Below are positions 1 through 10,343 of a DNA stretch of 64,000 nt, one piece after another (within the stretch, counting starts at the first letter, position 1; the number at the start of each line of letters is the position of its first letter). This stretch comes from an uncultured delta proteobacterium (GTDB lineage Bacteria > Desulfobacterota > Binatia > UBA9968). The DNA is taken from the NCBI GenBank assembly GCA_963745835.1, contig CAVUZH010000019.1:192001-256000 (forward strand), written 5' to 3'. A program made the translations under genes and the position numbers. The notes under the pieces are model-generated. The model saw nothing but the letters and a program-made list of their open reading frames with translations, was not told where the DNA came from and searched no databases.

Positions 1-258
1 CCCTCGGGCTATCCCTTCGATGGTGACATCGTCATGGGTCGGGCCTATGCCGCCGGTGGTGAAAACGAAATCGAATCGTTTTGAAAAATACGCCGCTTCC
101 TCACCGATGAGATCGATCTCGTCCTGAATCGTGGAAATTTTTTGAACCTCGACGCCAAGCCGTCGGAGCTCAACGCACAAAAAATGAGAATTTGTGTCGT
201 GGGTCTTGCCCGAAAGAACCTCATTGCCGATGATGATGATGCCGGCGGTTTTCGACAT
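1..258 (-). CDS. Molybdopterin-binding/CinA-N family protein (5' part; runs off the window)
   Basis: Not in the ORF track. Manual translation from ATG 258: MSKTAGIIIIGNEVLSGKTHDTNSHFL...VFTTGGIGPTHDDVT, containing the GNE.L.G...DTN and TGGIGPTHDD motifs. Confidence 0.9.
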   Translation of the reverse strand, partial: MSKTAGIIIIGNEVLSGKTHDTNSHFLCVELRRLGVEVQKISTIQDEIDLIGEEAAYFSKRFDFVFTTGGIGPTHDDVTIEGIARG

Positions 259-723
259 GACTAATCTTCTTTCTTAAGCGCGCCTGACGGGCAAGATCGA
301 TCAAAGATCGAATTCGCTGCAGCTCATGAAAAAATGACAATGGGAATTCGAGCAAAGGTAACGGCACTTTTGATTGAACATCCTCGAACCACAAATCGGA
401 CAACATTCCCACCAGCTTTGCGGCGTCTTGTCATCATCGTGAGCTGATTCTAATCGATGGGTAGAAGGTTCCATGACGACAATATAGCAACAAACGAGTA
501 GTGGAGAAAAGCTTTATCGTGGACACTCATCTGTCTGCATCCGCATATTGTTGCTCGATCGAAGATCGGCTGCCGAGTTTGCTAACTGGATGTTGATTCT
601 AACCGGCACAATCACGATCGCCGCCACTTACCGACGTTGGACATTGCCGCGACCGCATAATATATTTTCTACGCTCCTCTGATCGGAAGAGAACCGCAAG
701 CTGCGCGATGCCTTGAAGTCAAT

Positions 724-1029
724 ATGAATCAGGGTCCCCCCCAAACTCTTGAAGACTATAAGGCCGAGCGACGTCGTCAGCGCTGGGCTTATTTTCTGAT
801 GCCGTTCTTTACCGTTGGTTCGATCGTTATCTCGGTGGCAATGCTGATGTTCTTTGGAAAGGCTTGCCAGGATCGAATACCCGCCGACGCTCCCCTGCGC
901 ACCTCACCCCTGTTCAAGCAGTACCATCAGCCGCAAAAGCAACAGGGCGGCCTTGACGATCCCAGCAGGGCGCCTGACTCATTTCCAGCGGAGAACCGCC
1001 TACCCGCTCCCGCAGAAAAGAGCCAATAG
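724..1029 (+). CDS. Hypothetical single-pass membrane protein
   Basis: 101-aa ORF with one hydrophobic segment (WAYFLMPFFTVGSIVISVAMLMFFG) after a basic stretch. Confidence 0.6.
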   Translation: MNQGPPQTLEDYKAERRRQRWAYFLMPFFTVGSIVISVAMLMFFGKACQDRIPADAPLRTSPLFKQYHQPQKQQGGLDDPSRAPDSFPAENRLPAPAEKSQ

Positions 1030-1138
1030 ATCTCTGGCATCAATGACTGTTAAGTGGAGATGTCCGGAGCGCCGCATGTGGGAGCCTGGCTCACAGCGCC
1101 ATCGTTCCTGATATTGCCGGCTGTCTGCGCGTTCGGCC

Positions 1139-2917
1139 TCAATCCTGCTGAACTCCGAACCGGCGAGCAAACAGATAATAGCTCACCGCGACGCTCACCA
1201 AGATCGCCGTCCAGATCACACTGAATGCCGCCAGCTCGCCTACCTGACCATTTTCCCACAGCTCGTAAATAGCGACTGACACCACCGGTGTCTGCGGGCT
1301 TACCAAAAGAATCGACATGGAGAGTTCTTTGGCTGAAAGCAAGAAGACGAATACCCATCCGCCGAGAAACGACGGCATAATCAGCGGCAAGGTGATCCGG
1401 CGCATGCAGTTAAGCCATGAGGCGCCGGAAACATACGAGGCTTCTTCCAGTTCCTTGTGCAACTGCAGCAAACCTGAATGCGTATAGCGGATGCCGTAAG
1501 GGATGTACCTGGTAACGAACGCGAGCAATAGGATCCATAGAGTACCATAGATAGGTATCGGCACATTCAGATAAAACCGCATGATCGCCAACCCCATGAC
1601 GATCCCGGGAAAAAGTAGCGGCAGTGTCGTTAACAGGTCCAACAGCCAACGCCCGCGCAGCTTGCTCCGAACCAGTATCCACGATGCCAATGTCGTCAGC
1701 ACCATCACTACAGTCGCGCTCGCCAAGCCTAACAAAATGCTGTTCTTGATCGAGGCGGTGATTTTCGGGAAGTGAAGCGCCAGAATGTAATTCTTCAGGG
1801 TAAATTTTGAGATCGCCTCAAGTGATGGCTGGATATAGAACGGCAGCAGAGAAGCCCAGAGAATAATCAGAAATGGCAGCACCAGCAGGACGAACGCATA
1901 GAACAGCAACCCGGCAGCGCTAAGATAGCGCCAGCGGCCGAGCCGGATTAGCGCCGGTCGATAACCCTTTCCCGTTACCGTGTGGAATCGATCACCGTCC
2001 CGGGTAACTCGAAAATAAACATACAAAGTCGCCGCGACCACCACCATGAGCAGAACGGCGAAAGCACCGGCATTACCGTACTGCGGCGGCAGTCGTTGCG
2101 CATCCTGATAGATCGAAGTTGTGAGCACACGAATATCACCGGGAAGTCCGACCAAAGCCGGAATTTCAAACGATTCGAACGCGCGAATAAAGATCAGCAG
2201 GAGCACCGAAAAAAACGCCGGCAGCATCAAGCGCAGTGAGATTCGCCGCAAAGTCTGCCAAACCCTGGCGCCACAGGCAGCCGAGGCCTCCTCCAGCGAT
2301 GGGTCCATTGACCGAAAAGAAGCCGCCAGCATGAGGAATACGAACGGCGACCAAAGCAATGCTTCAATGAAGATCATCCCTGCCATCGAGTAAACGTTGA
2401 TCACCGGCGTGTTCTGATTGAACAGAATCTTCAACCAGTGATTGACCGGACCGGCTTTGCCGAGCAGCAAGATCCAGCCAATCGTGTACAGGATGAACGG
2501 CGTTCCAAAGGAGGCGAACGCGGTAAAGTAGCCGAGCCCGCGCAGCGGCGTGTCGGTGCGGGTAACCACCCACGCAACCATGCCGCCGATCAGCGTCGCC
2601 AATAACGCGCTGCCAATAGAAAAATAAATCGTATTAAGGAACGGCCCCAGCACCCGCAACTCGCGCAGCAGCTCTTCATAGTAGCGCAAAGTGAACTGAT
2701 CCAGTTCGCCGGTAAAAGTGGTTGTAAACAGGCTGGTCTGGATAACCGAGTAAAGCGGCGGCAGTACCAGATAGGCGGTGATCAACGTGACGACGATCAT
2801 CACCCAAGACTCGATCCCGAAGCGCGAGCCCATGCTCAATGGGAAAACCCGGCGGCGCGCCGGCACGGTTGCGGATTGCGCAGACAGATTAATGTCGGTT
2901 GATTGTTGCCGGTTCAT
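1139..2917 (-). CDS. ABC transporter permease, FbpB/Fe3+-thiamine type (two fused TM domains)
   Basis: Two EAA loops (MDPSLEEASAACGA; LHKELEEASYVSGA) and many TM helices. Start uncertain (2917 or 2959). Confidence 0.9.
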   Translation of the reverse strand: MNRQQSTDINLSAQSATVPARRRVFPLSMGSRFGIESWVMIVVTLITAYLVLPPLYSVIQTSLFTTTFTGELDQFTLRYYEELLRELRVLGPFLNTIYFSIGSALLATLIGGMVAWVVTRTDTPLRGLGYFTAFASFGTPFILYTIGWILLLGKAGPVNHWLKILFNQNTPVINVYSMAGMIFIEALLWSPFVFLMLAASFRSMDPSLEEASAACGARVWQTLRRISLRLMLPAFFSVLLLIFIRAFESFEIPALVGLPGDIRVLTTSIYQDAQRLPPQYGNAGAFAVLLMVVVAATLYVYFRVTRDGDRFHTVTGKGYRPALIRLGRWRYLSAAGLLFYAFVLLVLPFLIILWASLLPFYIQPSLEAISKFTLKNYILALHFPKITASIKNSILLGLASATVVMVLTTLASWILVRSKLRGRWLLDLLTTLPLLFPGIVMGLAIMRFYLNVPIPIYGTLWILLLAFVTRYIPYGIRYTHSGLLQLHKELEEASYVSGASWLNCMRRITLPLIMPSFLGGWVFVFLLSAKELSMSILLVSPQTPVVSVAIYELWENGQVGELAAFSVIWTAILVSVAVSYYLFARRFGVQQD

Positions 2918-3100
2918 GCGCGACAAAATACCTCGCTTCGAAGCTAGTCTCCGCCACAATCGAAAGTCAAGATGAATCGACGCAGATTACCCGGTTCCGG
3001 TGTTTTGACAATGTGTATTGATTAAGGGAACCTGGACGAGCTAAGGCACAGAACGAACAAGGTCATCATATCAGCCTACCAGCGAACCGAGGCAGCATAC

Positions 3101-3252
3101 TAACAGTTTACTAAAAACTCTGTATGCAGGGTGCTCAAAAGATATCAGAGGGAAAACGCGTGAAGCTCGATGAGCTGAGGCGTACGCTTCAGTACGTTGA
3201 AGCGAGTCGGGCGAGCGCAACGAACCCTATGAGTCTTTTCAGCAGCCTGTTA
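3101..3252. mobile_element. Degenerate MITE/REP-like element (~150 bp)
   Basis: Imperfect terminal inverted repeats TAACAGTTTACTAAAAACTC ... GAGTCTTTTCAGCAGCCTGTTA and an internal hairpin CGTAC-GCTTCA-GTACG. The right end overlaps the stop codon of the adjacent SBP gene. Confidence 0.5.
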
Positions 3253-4347
3253 ATTCATGAATTGCTTCTGAAAATAATCCACCCAGTCATTGCCTTTCTC
3301 GAACTGAGCTTCCGGGGTGATGTAGAGCGCTTTGTTGAAACGGCCGCCGCCCGGCTTTAGGTCCGGTTGTTTTGCCGGAACCTTGGGGTGGGACGGCAAA
3401 TAGTTGACCTGTTGAAATACCTTTTGTCCTCGTTCGGACAGGATAAAATCCAGGAAAAGCATCGATGCATGCGGGTGCGGCGCTCGTGAGGCGAGGGCAA
3501 TGGTATTGAGGGTTGCGGTGGCAGGCTCTAACGCCTGCCAATCCACCGGCGCTCCGGCGGTTTTGCTGATGTGAGCATGATGATTGAAAATATGCAGCGC
3601 GATCGGATACTCGCCAGCGATCACCAGGTCCAGTAGCTGTCGATTGCTGGCCGTGCTCTTGGCTATATTCTGCGCCTTTAATTTTTGCAGGTACGCCTTG
3701 CCGCCGCTATCTCCCATAGATTGCAGAACGTTGCCGATAAACATCGGCGCGCCGGAACCGCGGCTGGTAGACCACATCATCTGGCCTTTCCAACGCGGGT
3801 TGAGAAGATCTTCATAGGTTTTCGGCACCTCATTGGGCTTGACCAAACGGGTGTTGTAGCCGAGTGCAAAAAAGTAAACGTTGGTCGATGCCCAATTGCC
3901 TTGCGGGTCTCTTGTTTCCGCCGAATGCTCGGCCAGATAAGGTGAATGGAAACGCTGTAAGAAGTTGGCTCGCCGTATCATCGCTGCCGTCACCGTTCCA
4001 TCAAGCAAATCTACGTCGTAACGCTTGGCCTGGTACTCGCTAAACATCCTTTGGACGATCCGTTCGGAATTGGCGCGGAAGAACTCGACCTGAATGAAAG
4101 GGTACTCTTTCTCGAATGCTGCTGTAACCGGACGCACCACCTGATCGACGATCAGCGAAGTATACCAGGAAATTTTTCCTTCTTTCTTCGCTCCTTCGAC
4201 AAGAATCTTCTGCCGATCGGGCTTGTTGAGCAGGGCAATCTCTTCCACCGACGCGGCGCGCGCGCTCGGTAGTGTAACGGCTGCGAACGTAATCCCCAGA
4301 AAAAGGGTCGACACCAACAACTTGCTTGAGAGACGCGGATCGATCAT
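3250..4347 (-). CDS. ABC substrate-binding protein (AfuA/Fe3+-type, SBP_bac_6/8)
   Basis: Signal peptide plus AKKEGK.SWYTS, PKTYEDLLNPRWKG and APHPHAS.LFLDFILS..GQ motifs. Confidence 0.9.
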   Translation of the reverse strand: MIDPRLSSKLLVSTLFLGITFAAVTLPSARAASVEEIALLNKPDRQKILVEGAKKEGKISWYTSLIVDQVVRPVTAAFEKEYPFIQVEFFRANSERIVQRMFSEYQAKRYDVDLLDGTVTAAMIRRANFLQRFHSPYLAEHSAETRDPQGNWASTNVYFFALGYNTRLVKPNEVPKTYEDLLNPRWKGQMMWSTSRGSGAPMFIGNVLQSMGDSGGKAYLQKLKAQNIAKSTASNRQLLDLVIAGEYPIALHIFNHHAHISKTAGAPVDWQALEPATATLNTIALASRAPHPHASMLFLDFILSERGQKVFQQVNYLPSHPKVPAKQPDLKPGGGRFNKALYITPEAQFEKGNDWVDYFQKQFMN

Positions 4348-4380
4348 CTTTACACCTCCTGCGAATGAGAGCGACGCGTT

Positions 4381-5397
4381 TTACTTGAGAATGTCTTTTA
4401 GCTTGGCCACCACGTCCGGTTCGGCTCCATAGATTTCCAGCACTGTCTTCTCGAGATCTTCCCCGCTGAGCGGGCTTAAGTCGAGCTTTGACTTGGTGGC
4501 GTCGGCGATGAATTCCGGATCCTTCATCGTATCCATAAATGCCCTGCGCAGAAGAGCGATCCGATCCTTGGGAGTGTCAGGCGGGAGGACGTAGGGCCGG
4601 GCCACGGGATTATAGTTGTGCATGCCCAGGTGAATCACCTTTCGGTCGAGCTCCGTTTTGGCATAGTCGATCACCCGGCGCACGTTGGGAAGTTCCGGAT
4701 GCGGCTTTGCAATCGCTTGAAGAATCATGAGCACTTCGCCGGCGTCTACTTCCTTGCGCCAGGTTGATTTAAACGACTCCCAGGCGCTCGTGAGGCCGTC
4801 AATCTCGCCGCTGTTGAACGCCAAACGAACCTCCGCCGTGCCTTTGTAGCCGGAGACTACCTGAATCGGAGCGTTGATCGTCGCTATGGCGATTTTCGTG
4901 AGATCGTCGGTGGCAGAGCCGGCGCCGACGCCGCCGAACTTCACCATGGTTCTCGACGCCAGCCACTTGTCGGCATTTGTGATGCCTGATCTCTTTGACA
5001 CCGCGAGCATCTGACTGTCCTGTGCCGGCGCTCCGATATAGCCGAATTTTTTGCCGTCAAATTCGACGCCCGGCTTGCCTAAAACCTGTTGCAGGAACAA
5101 ACCGCCGAGAAAATGACCGATGGTGAGACCGTCAGGCTTGGCAACTTTGTATACGTGATTGGCTGCGATAAGACTTCCCGCTCCGACCATGTTTTCCACT
5201 ACAACGGCAGGGTTTCCAGGAATATGCTTGCCGTAGTGGCGCGCCACCGTGCGCGTATAGACGTCATAGCCACCGCCGGCTGAAAGACCTACGATGATAC
5301 GGATGGTTTTGCCCTTGTAGAACTGTTCTTGAGCCGACGCCTGCCCGGTCGACCACAAGCAAGCGAGCAAGCACAGAAGAAGACGTGTTCCAGGCAT
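4381..5397 (-). CDS. Bug/TctC tripartite tricarboxylate transporter substrate-binding protein
   Basis: FYKGKTIRIIVG.SAGGGYD, VENM.GAG, KPDGLTI and GYKG motifs. Confidence 0.9.
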   Translation of the reverse strand: MPGTRLLLCLLACLWSTGQASAQEQFYKGKTIRIIVGLSAGGGYDVYTRTVARHYGKHIPGNPAVVVENMVGAGSLIAANHVYKVAKPDGLTIGHFLGGLFLQQVLGKPGVEFDGKKFGYIGAPAQDSQMLAVSKRSGITNADKWLASRTMVKFGGVGAGSATDDLTKIAIATINAPIQVVSGYKGTAEVRLAFNSGEIDGLTSAWESFKSTWRKEVDAGEVLMILQAIAKPHPELPNVRRVIDYAKTELDRKVIHLGMHNYNPVARPYVLPPDTPKDRIALLRRAFMDTMKDPEFIADATKSKLDLSPLSGEDLEKTVLEIYGAEPDVVAKLKDILK

Positions 5398-5501
5398 TGC
5401 CCAGTCCTCCTCATTCCTCAGGTTAGATTCTCAACATACTTGCCAATTCGTTACCTGATTGTCTTGCGGCATCGATGATTTGCCGGTACCACGATCTCAC
5501 C

Positions 5502-5608
5502 CGGTTCAATCGCTTCGCTATTCAGCCGTTCAATCGTTCTACGTCAGATCTCCGGAGCTCTGTCTTTGAATAGCGCGAACGCGGTTGAATTTTTGAACCG
5601 TTGAACGA
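5502..5608. repeat. Palindromic intergenic repeat built from ~9-bp TTCAATCG-type units
   Basis: Left arm GGTTCAATCGCTTCGCTATTCA..GTTCAATCGTTC; right arm TTGAATAGCGCGAACGCGGTTGAA..TTGAACCGTTGAAC. Confidence 0.6.
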
Positions 5609-5992
5609 TGCCCTCATCTAGCGACAGAAATCCTTGGAGAGCTGTAGTTGAAACCAAAAAAGCTGTCAAGCTATGAGCACAGCGCCGAAATCGGAAAAAT
5701 GATTGGCTCGATTCGAGTCACTGGATAGGGGGATCATCTCTGAGAGGTGCAGCATCGTTGAGCATCGAACGATGAGCTGCTCTGCCAGTAGGTATCGCCG
5801 GGCGCGCTCACTATTAGTTTAGACGTTGTTACCCGGTTTTAGGCCGATGAAGTTATCCGCGAAGCAGACAATACAATCTTTGGCGGGAATCGTCAGGAAA
5901 TGGTTTGTCGACCGAGCCGCAACTATCTTGGTCGATCGTTTATACCAAGGACAGTCGCTCGGTCGAGTCTTTCACTGTCGTATGCCGACCGG

Positions 5993-7003
5993 TCACTTCT
6001 GCGCATAGAGTTTCTTTATGAAACCGCTCTTGTCCAGCTCGGCCATGAGGCTCGGGTCCATGAACTCCTCCGGTTTGCGACTGCGAATCTCCGGCCTGGT
6101 TTGCGCGACATAGTCGTAGGTGGCTTCGAGCCCGTTCATGATCGGATAAGGCACGGATATGAAATCCTGCCGAAATATTTCGTAGGAGCCTTCTAGAAGT
6201 TCCTGATCGTTGGTGCGCAGATATTTACCAAGAACTTTCATGCTGAAGTCCTTGTGTGTTTTAAAGTAGGCTATCGCTTCGACATGGGACCTGAGCATGC
6301 GCATCACTGTATCACGGTCGTCTTGTAGAGTTTTCCGCCGGGTGACGACTGACATCGACGGGTAGACCACCTCTTTTCTGGCGTCCCAAAGGACGTGATA
6401 GCCCAGCCGCAGCGCCTGGGCATCAATCGGATACGACAGGTCTGCGGCATCTGCCCGGCCCGACGACAGCGCCTGAAGCCGCTCCTGCGGCGTGCCGATG
6501 GACAGCCAGATGACGTCGCGCATCGGATCCATACCGTTCTTCCGGATGATGTACTTAAAAAGAAAATCGCCGAGGGATCCTATGCTTGAGGTCCCGATCC
6601 TTTTTCCTTTGATATCCTCGGGCCGTTTGATTTCCTGCTTCACGAGCAGTTTGCTCTGGACTCCCGGGACGGTATGAGCGATGTTCACCAGATCAGCACC
6701 TGCGAGATTGGCCAGCATCACTTGCGGAACGGCAACCGGCGCGGCAAAGAGGCTGCCGCCGAGAATCGCGCTCGACGTCTGGCCTGACCCTTTGACTAGA
6801 ACCAACTCGACATCGAGTCCATGCTTCTCATAAATCTTCGCGTCTTTGGCGATCCACGGAATCCAATTGGATGCGGACAAGGACGTGACTCCCCAGCTGA
6901 TCTTTTTCAGTTGCTTATCTTGCGCCTCGAGCGAACCTATCCCGCCAAGCGCGATTGTCAGGAGCGCGATTGAAAATATTTTTCCTGCCGATATCTTCGC
7001 CAT
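5993..7003 (-). CDS. ABC substrate-binding protein (SsuA/TauA/NMT1-like)
   Basis: Signal peptide, EKHGLDVELV, DIKGKRIG, C-terminal ELDKSGFIKKLY. Confidence 0.88.
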   Translation of the reverse strand: MAKISAGKIFSIALLTIALGGIGSLEAQDKQLKKISWGVTSLSASNWIPWIAKDAKIYEKHGLDVELVLVKGSGQTSSAILGGSLFAAPVAVPQVMLANLAGADLVNIAHTVPGVQSKLLVKQEIKRPEDIKGKRIGTSSIGSLGDFLFKYIIRKNGMDPMRDVIWLSIGTPQERLQALSSGRADAADLSYPIDAQALRLGYHVLWDARKEVVYPSMSVVTRRKTLQDDRDTVMRMLRSHVEAIAYFKTHKDFSMKVLGKYLRTNDQELLEGSYEIFRQDFISVPYPIMNGLEATYDYVAQTRPEIRSRKPEEFMDPSLMAELDKSGFIKKLYAQK

Positions 7004-7044
7004 GCTTCACAACCTCCGAATTTAGCGCTCCAGTTCGCCTTTAT

Positions 7045-8115
7045 TTAGCGCCGCGCCGCAAACTGTTTGCTAAAACCGCTTTCTTCTATCTTTTTGAGGA
7101 AACTATGATCGTAGAACTCCTCAGGATTCGCGTTCAGCGCCTTGGGATTGCGCGTTGCTAAAAACTGCAGGACCGCCTTAATCCCGGCATTACTCGCATA
7201 GGGCATCACCGGCATCATATCGACATAGTAATCGTAGCCTTCTTCGGCCCGGGATCGATCGCTGATGCGCATGTACTTCATGATTCCCGCGACCGTTTTT
7301 TCTTTTTGCGTGCGAAAAAAATGCAACGATTCGATGTAGCCTTTTAGAAATCCTTCCAGCGCGGCTGGATGAGCCTTGATGTAGGATCCAATGCCGGCGA
7401 TGGAGGTTCCCGAATACTCGATATCGGTTTTGCGCAGGTCGGACAGTTCACGGAAGCCTTGCTGCTTGGCGACAGTGCTGTATGGCGGCGGCAAAACCGT
7501 TCCCGCCACAACGCTGCGCACCAAAGCATTGAAACGCCCCTGCTGGCTATCCGCGACCGAAATGAAAACGACATCTTTATCGGGCACCAGTCCGTGGCTT
7601 TGCAGGTACAAACGCAACGCCGTATCCGCCGATGCGCCGGTTCGAGTCCCGGTGACGATCTTGCCCTTGAGGTCCTGCGGAGTCTTGACGTCAGGAGCGA
7701 CCATAACCGAGTAGTCCAGTTTATTCGATTGGACGGCAAACATGGTGATATCGATGCCGCCGATGCGCGCGCCAATCGTCGCGGTGGAACCCGCCGCCAG
7801 AAGCTGCACCGAATTCGATGTAAGCGCGGCAATCGAATTCATGCCGCCGCCAAAGTAAATTGGTTCCAGATCGATGCCGTATTTTCCAAACAACCCGTGC
7901 TGAGCGCCGATCGGTATCACGCTCGAGTTTACCGAGATCGAACCCAGAGCGACGCGCACTTTCTCCCGCTGCTGGGCATCGACGAGATTGGGAAACCACC
8001 ATAGTGAGAGCACTATCGAGATAATAAAATGGCGCCGCAGAGCGATAATGGCTCTCCTTCGGACAAGAGAATTTGAAATTATGTTGCTATGGAGTCTCAA
8101 CCGCATGACCTTCAT
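7045..8115 (-). CDS. ABC substrate-binding protein (SsuA/TauA/NMT1-like)
   Basis: KYGIDLE, DLKGKIV and KIEESGF motifs. Start uncertain. Confidence 0.85.
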   Translation of the reverse strand: MKVMRLRLHSNIISNSLVRRRAIIALRRHFIISIVLSLWWFPNLVDAQQREKVRVALGSISVNSSVIPIGAQHGLFGKYGIDLEPIYFGGGMNSIAALTSNSVQLLAAGSTATIGARIGGIDITMFAVQSNKLDYSVMVAPDVKTPQDLKGKIVTGTRTGASADTALRLYLQSHGLVPDKDVVFISVADSQQGRFNALVRSVVAGTVLPPPYSTVAKQQGFRELSDLRKTDIEYSGTSIAGIGSYIKAHPAALEGFLKGYIESLHFFRTQKEKTVAGIMKYMRISDRSRAEEGYDYYVDMMPVMPYASNAGIKAVLQFLATRNPKALNANPEEFYDHSFLKKIEESGFSKQFAARR

Positions 8116-8119
8116 TAAC

Positions 8120-10066
8120 TCACTCCTCGGCATATTGCTCTTTCAATTTTGCTACGACGTTGGCGTCCGCCAAGGTGGTGGTATCTCCCAACGCGCGGCC
8201 GTCGGCAATGTCACGAAGCAAACGGCGCATGATCTTACCGCTACGAGTCTTTGGCAGTTCCGCGGCAAAAAGAATCTCATCGGGCCTGGCAATGGCTCCG
8301 ATCTTCTTTGCAACATGGCTCTTTAATTCATCCATAAGCGAGTTGCCTCCGTTGACACCGGCTTTCAAAGAAACAAAAGCGCAGATCGCCTGGCCTTTGA
8401 TATCATGTTCTTTGCCAATCACCGCGGCTTCAGCGACTTTTTGATGATCCACCAGGGCGCTTTCCACCTCCATAGTGCTGATCCGATGGCCTGCGATATT
8501 CATGACATCATCGACGCGGCCCAGTAACCAAAAGTAACCGTCCTTGTCGCGCTTGCAGCCATCGCCGGCGAAGTATTTTCCGGGAAAGCGGCTCCAATAA
8601 TTCTCAACATAACGATCCGGATCGCCATAGATGGTGCGCATCATCGCCGGCCAAGGTTTAGTCAGGACGAGATAGCCGCCTCCTCCTTTGGGAACTGATT
8701 TTCCATTTTCGTCGACGACATCGGCCTCGATTCCGGGAAACGGCAGGGTCGCAGAACCGGGCTTCAACTTCGTAATACCCGGCAAGGGTGTAATCAAAGG
8801 ATGACCGGTTTCAGTTTGCCACCAGGTATCGACGACCGGGCAGCGATCACCGCCGATATACTTATGGTACCAAACCCAGGCTTCGGGATTGATCGGCTCT
8901 CCCACGGTGCCGAGCAGTCGTAAGCTTTGAAGATTGTGTTTTGCCGGAAACTCCGTTCCCCAGCGCATGAACGTGCGAATAGCAGTTGGCGCCGTATGGA
9001 AAATTGTCACGCCATACTTTGCGACAAGACGCCACAGACGATCCTTGTCCGGCCAGTCGGGAGTGCCCTCGTACATGACTTGGGTCGCGCCATTGGCCAT
9101 GGGTCCGTAGACTATATGGGTGTGTCCGGTAACCCAGCCGATATCGGCGGCACACCAGAAAACGTCATCCTCTTTCAGGTCGAAGACCCAGTTGTTGATC
9201 AAGTTCACCCCGGTAAGGTAGCCGCCGGTGGTATGAACGATTCCTTTCGGCTTGCCGGTGGTGCCGCTGGTGTAGAGGATATAAAGTATGTCCTCGCTAT
9301 CCACCTGTTCGGGTTCGCACCAAAGCGGCGCATCCGCCATCAGCTCATGCCACCATTGGTCACGGCCGCTTTTCATCTGTGCGCCGGACTCGCGTCCAAC
9401 TCGTTCCAAGACCACGACATGCTCGATGGAAGGCGTATCGGTCAGCGCCTCATCGACATTTTTTTTGAGCGGCACAATGCTGCCACGACGATAACCGCCA
9501 TCGGCTGTAATCAGGACCTTTGCTTGGGCATCATTGATGCGACCGCGCAAGGCTTCAGCGCTGAAGCCGCCGAAAACGACGCTGTGCGGCGCGCCGATGC
9601 GGTTACAGGCGTGCATGGCGATGACGAGTTCGGGAACCATTCCCATATAGAGACAAACTCGATCGCCCTTGCCCACGCCGAGTTGTTTCAGGACGTTGGC
9701 GAATTTATTCACTTCGCGCCATACGTCGCGATAAGTCAGAACCCGTTCGTCACCGGGTTCACCCTCCCAGATAATTGCAGCTTTGTTTTTTCGTCCGCTC
9801 TTGAGGTGCCGATCCAAACAATTGTAGGAGGCGTTAAGCTTGCCGCCAATAAACCACTTGGCCCACGGCGTGTTCCATTCCAGCACCTTCTTCCATGGCT
9901 TGAACCAGTCGAGCTCTTTGGCCGCCTTGGCCCAGAACGCCTGAGGATTCTTGCGCGCAGAATTAAAGACGCTCGCGTTCCTGAAGTTAGCTGTTTTCCT
10001 AAATGTTGGCGGCGGCGGGAAGTTCCGTTTTTCATTTAACAGAACCTCGATGGCTTTGTCTGCCAT
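8120..10066 (-). CDS. acs: Acetate--CoA ligase (AMP-forming)
   Basis: [20 protein letters not shown] and [12 protein letters not shown] motifs; 648 aa; GGAGG RBS. Confidence 0.97.
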   Translation of the reverse strand: MADKAIEVLLNEKRNFPPPPTFRKTANFRNASVFNSARKNPQAFWAKAAKELDWFKPWKKVLEWNTPWAKWFIGGKLNASYNCLDRHLKSGRKNKAAIIWEGEPGDERVLTYRDVWREVNKFANVLKQLGVGKGDRVCLYMGMVPELVIAMHACNRIGAPHSVVFGGFSAEALRGRINDAQAKVLITADGGYRRGSIVPLKKNVDEALTDTPSIEHVVVLERVGRESGAQMKSGRDQWWHELMADAPLWCEPEQVDSEDILYILYTSGTTGKPKGIVHTTGGYLTGVNLINNWVFDLKEDDVFWCAADIGWVTGHTHIVYGPMANGATQVMYEGTPDWPDKDRLWRLVAKYGVTIFHTAPTAIRTFMRWGTEFPAKHNLQSLRLLGTVGEPINPEAWVWYHKYIGGDRCPVVDTWWQTETGHPLITPLPGITKLKPGSATLPFPGIEADVVDENGKSVPKGGGGYLVLTKPWPAMMRTIYGDPDRYVENYWSRFPGKYFAGDGCKRDKDGYFWLLGRVDDVMNIAGHRISTMEVESALVDHQKVAEAAVIGKEHDIKGQAICAFVSLKAGVNGGNSLMDELKSHVAKKIGAIARPDEILFAAELPKTRSGKIMRRLLRDIADGRALGDTTTLADANVVAKLKEQYAEE

Positions 10067-10343
10067 GTATGCACCCTCCTGAACGATATTTCACCGGGAG
10101 TGAAAAACGAACGGATTCTATTTGAGGTTCAGCGGCTGCGCAAGAGGCCAATCGAAGCAGATCCCCACTCAGGTTTTCGATCGAGAGCGTGGAAGAACGC
10201 CAAGCAGTACGGTTGGTTCAATCCGTCGGGCGGCATCTGAGAAGCGATGACACGCGACAAAATAATTGCACAGCGATGCGAGTGCCGATGAGCTTCTACC
10301 CATCGTGTGAGCCAGCAACTGCTCGTCCCTAATCTCTACGTTT

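Noticed and set aside
8927-10039. Long 370-aa plus-strand ORF and similar antisense ORFs (e.g. 32877-33953, 57076-58233)
   Set aside because: Shadow ORFs opposite well-supported genes, expected in GC-rich DNA, with no recognisable motifs.
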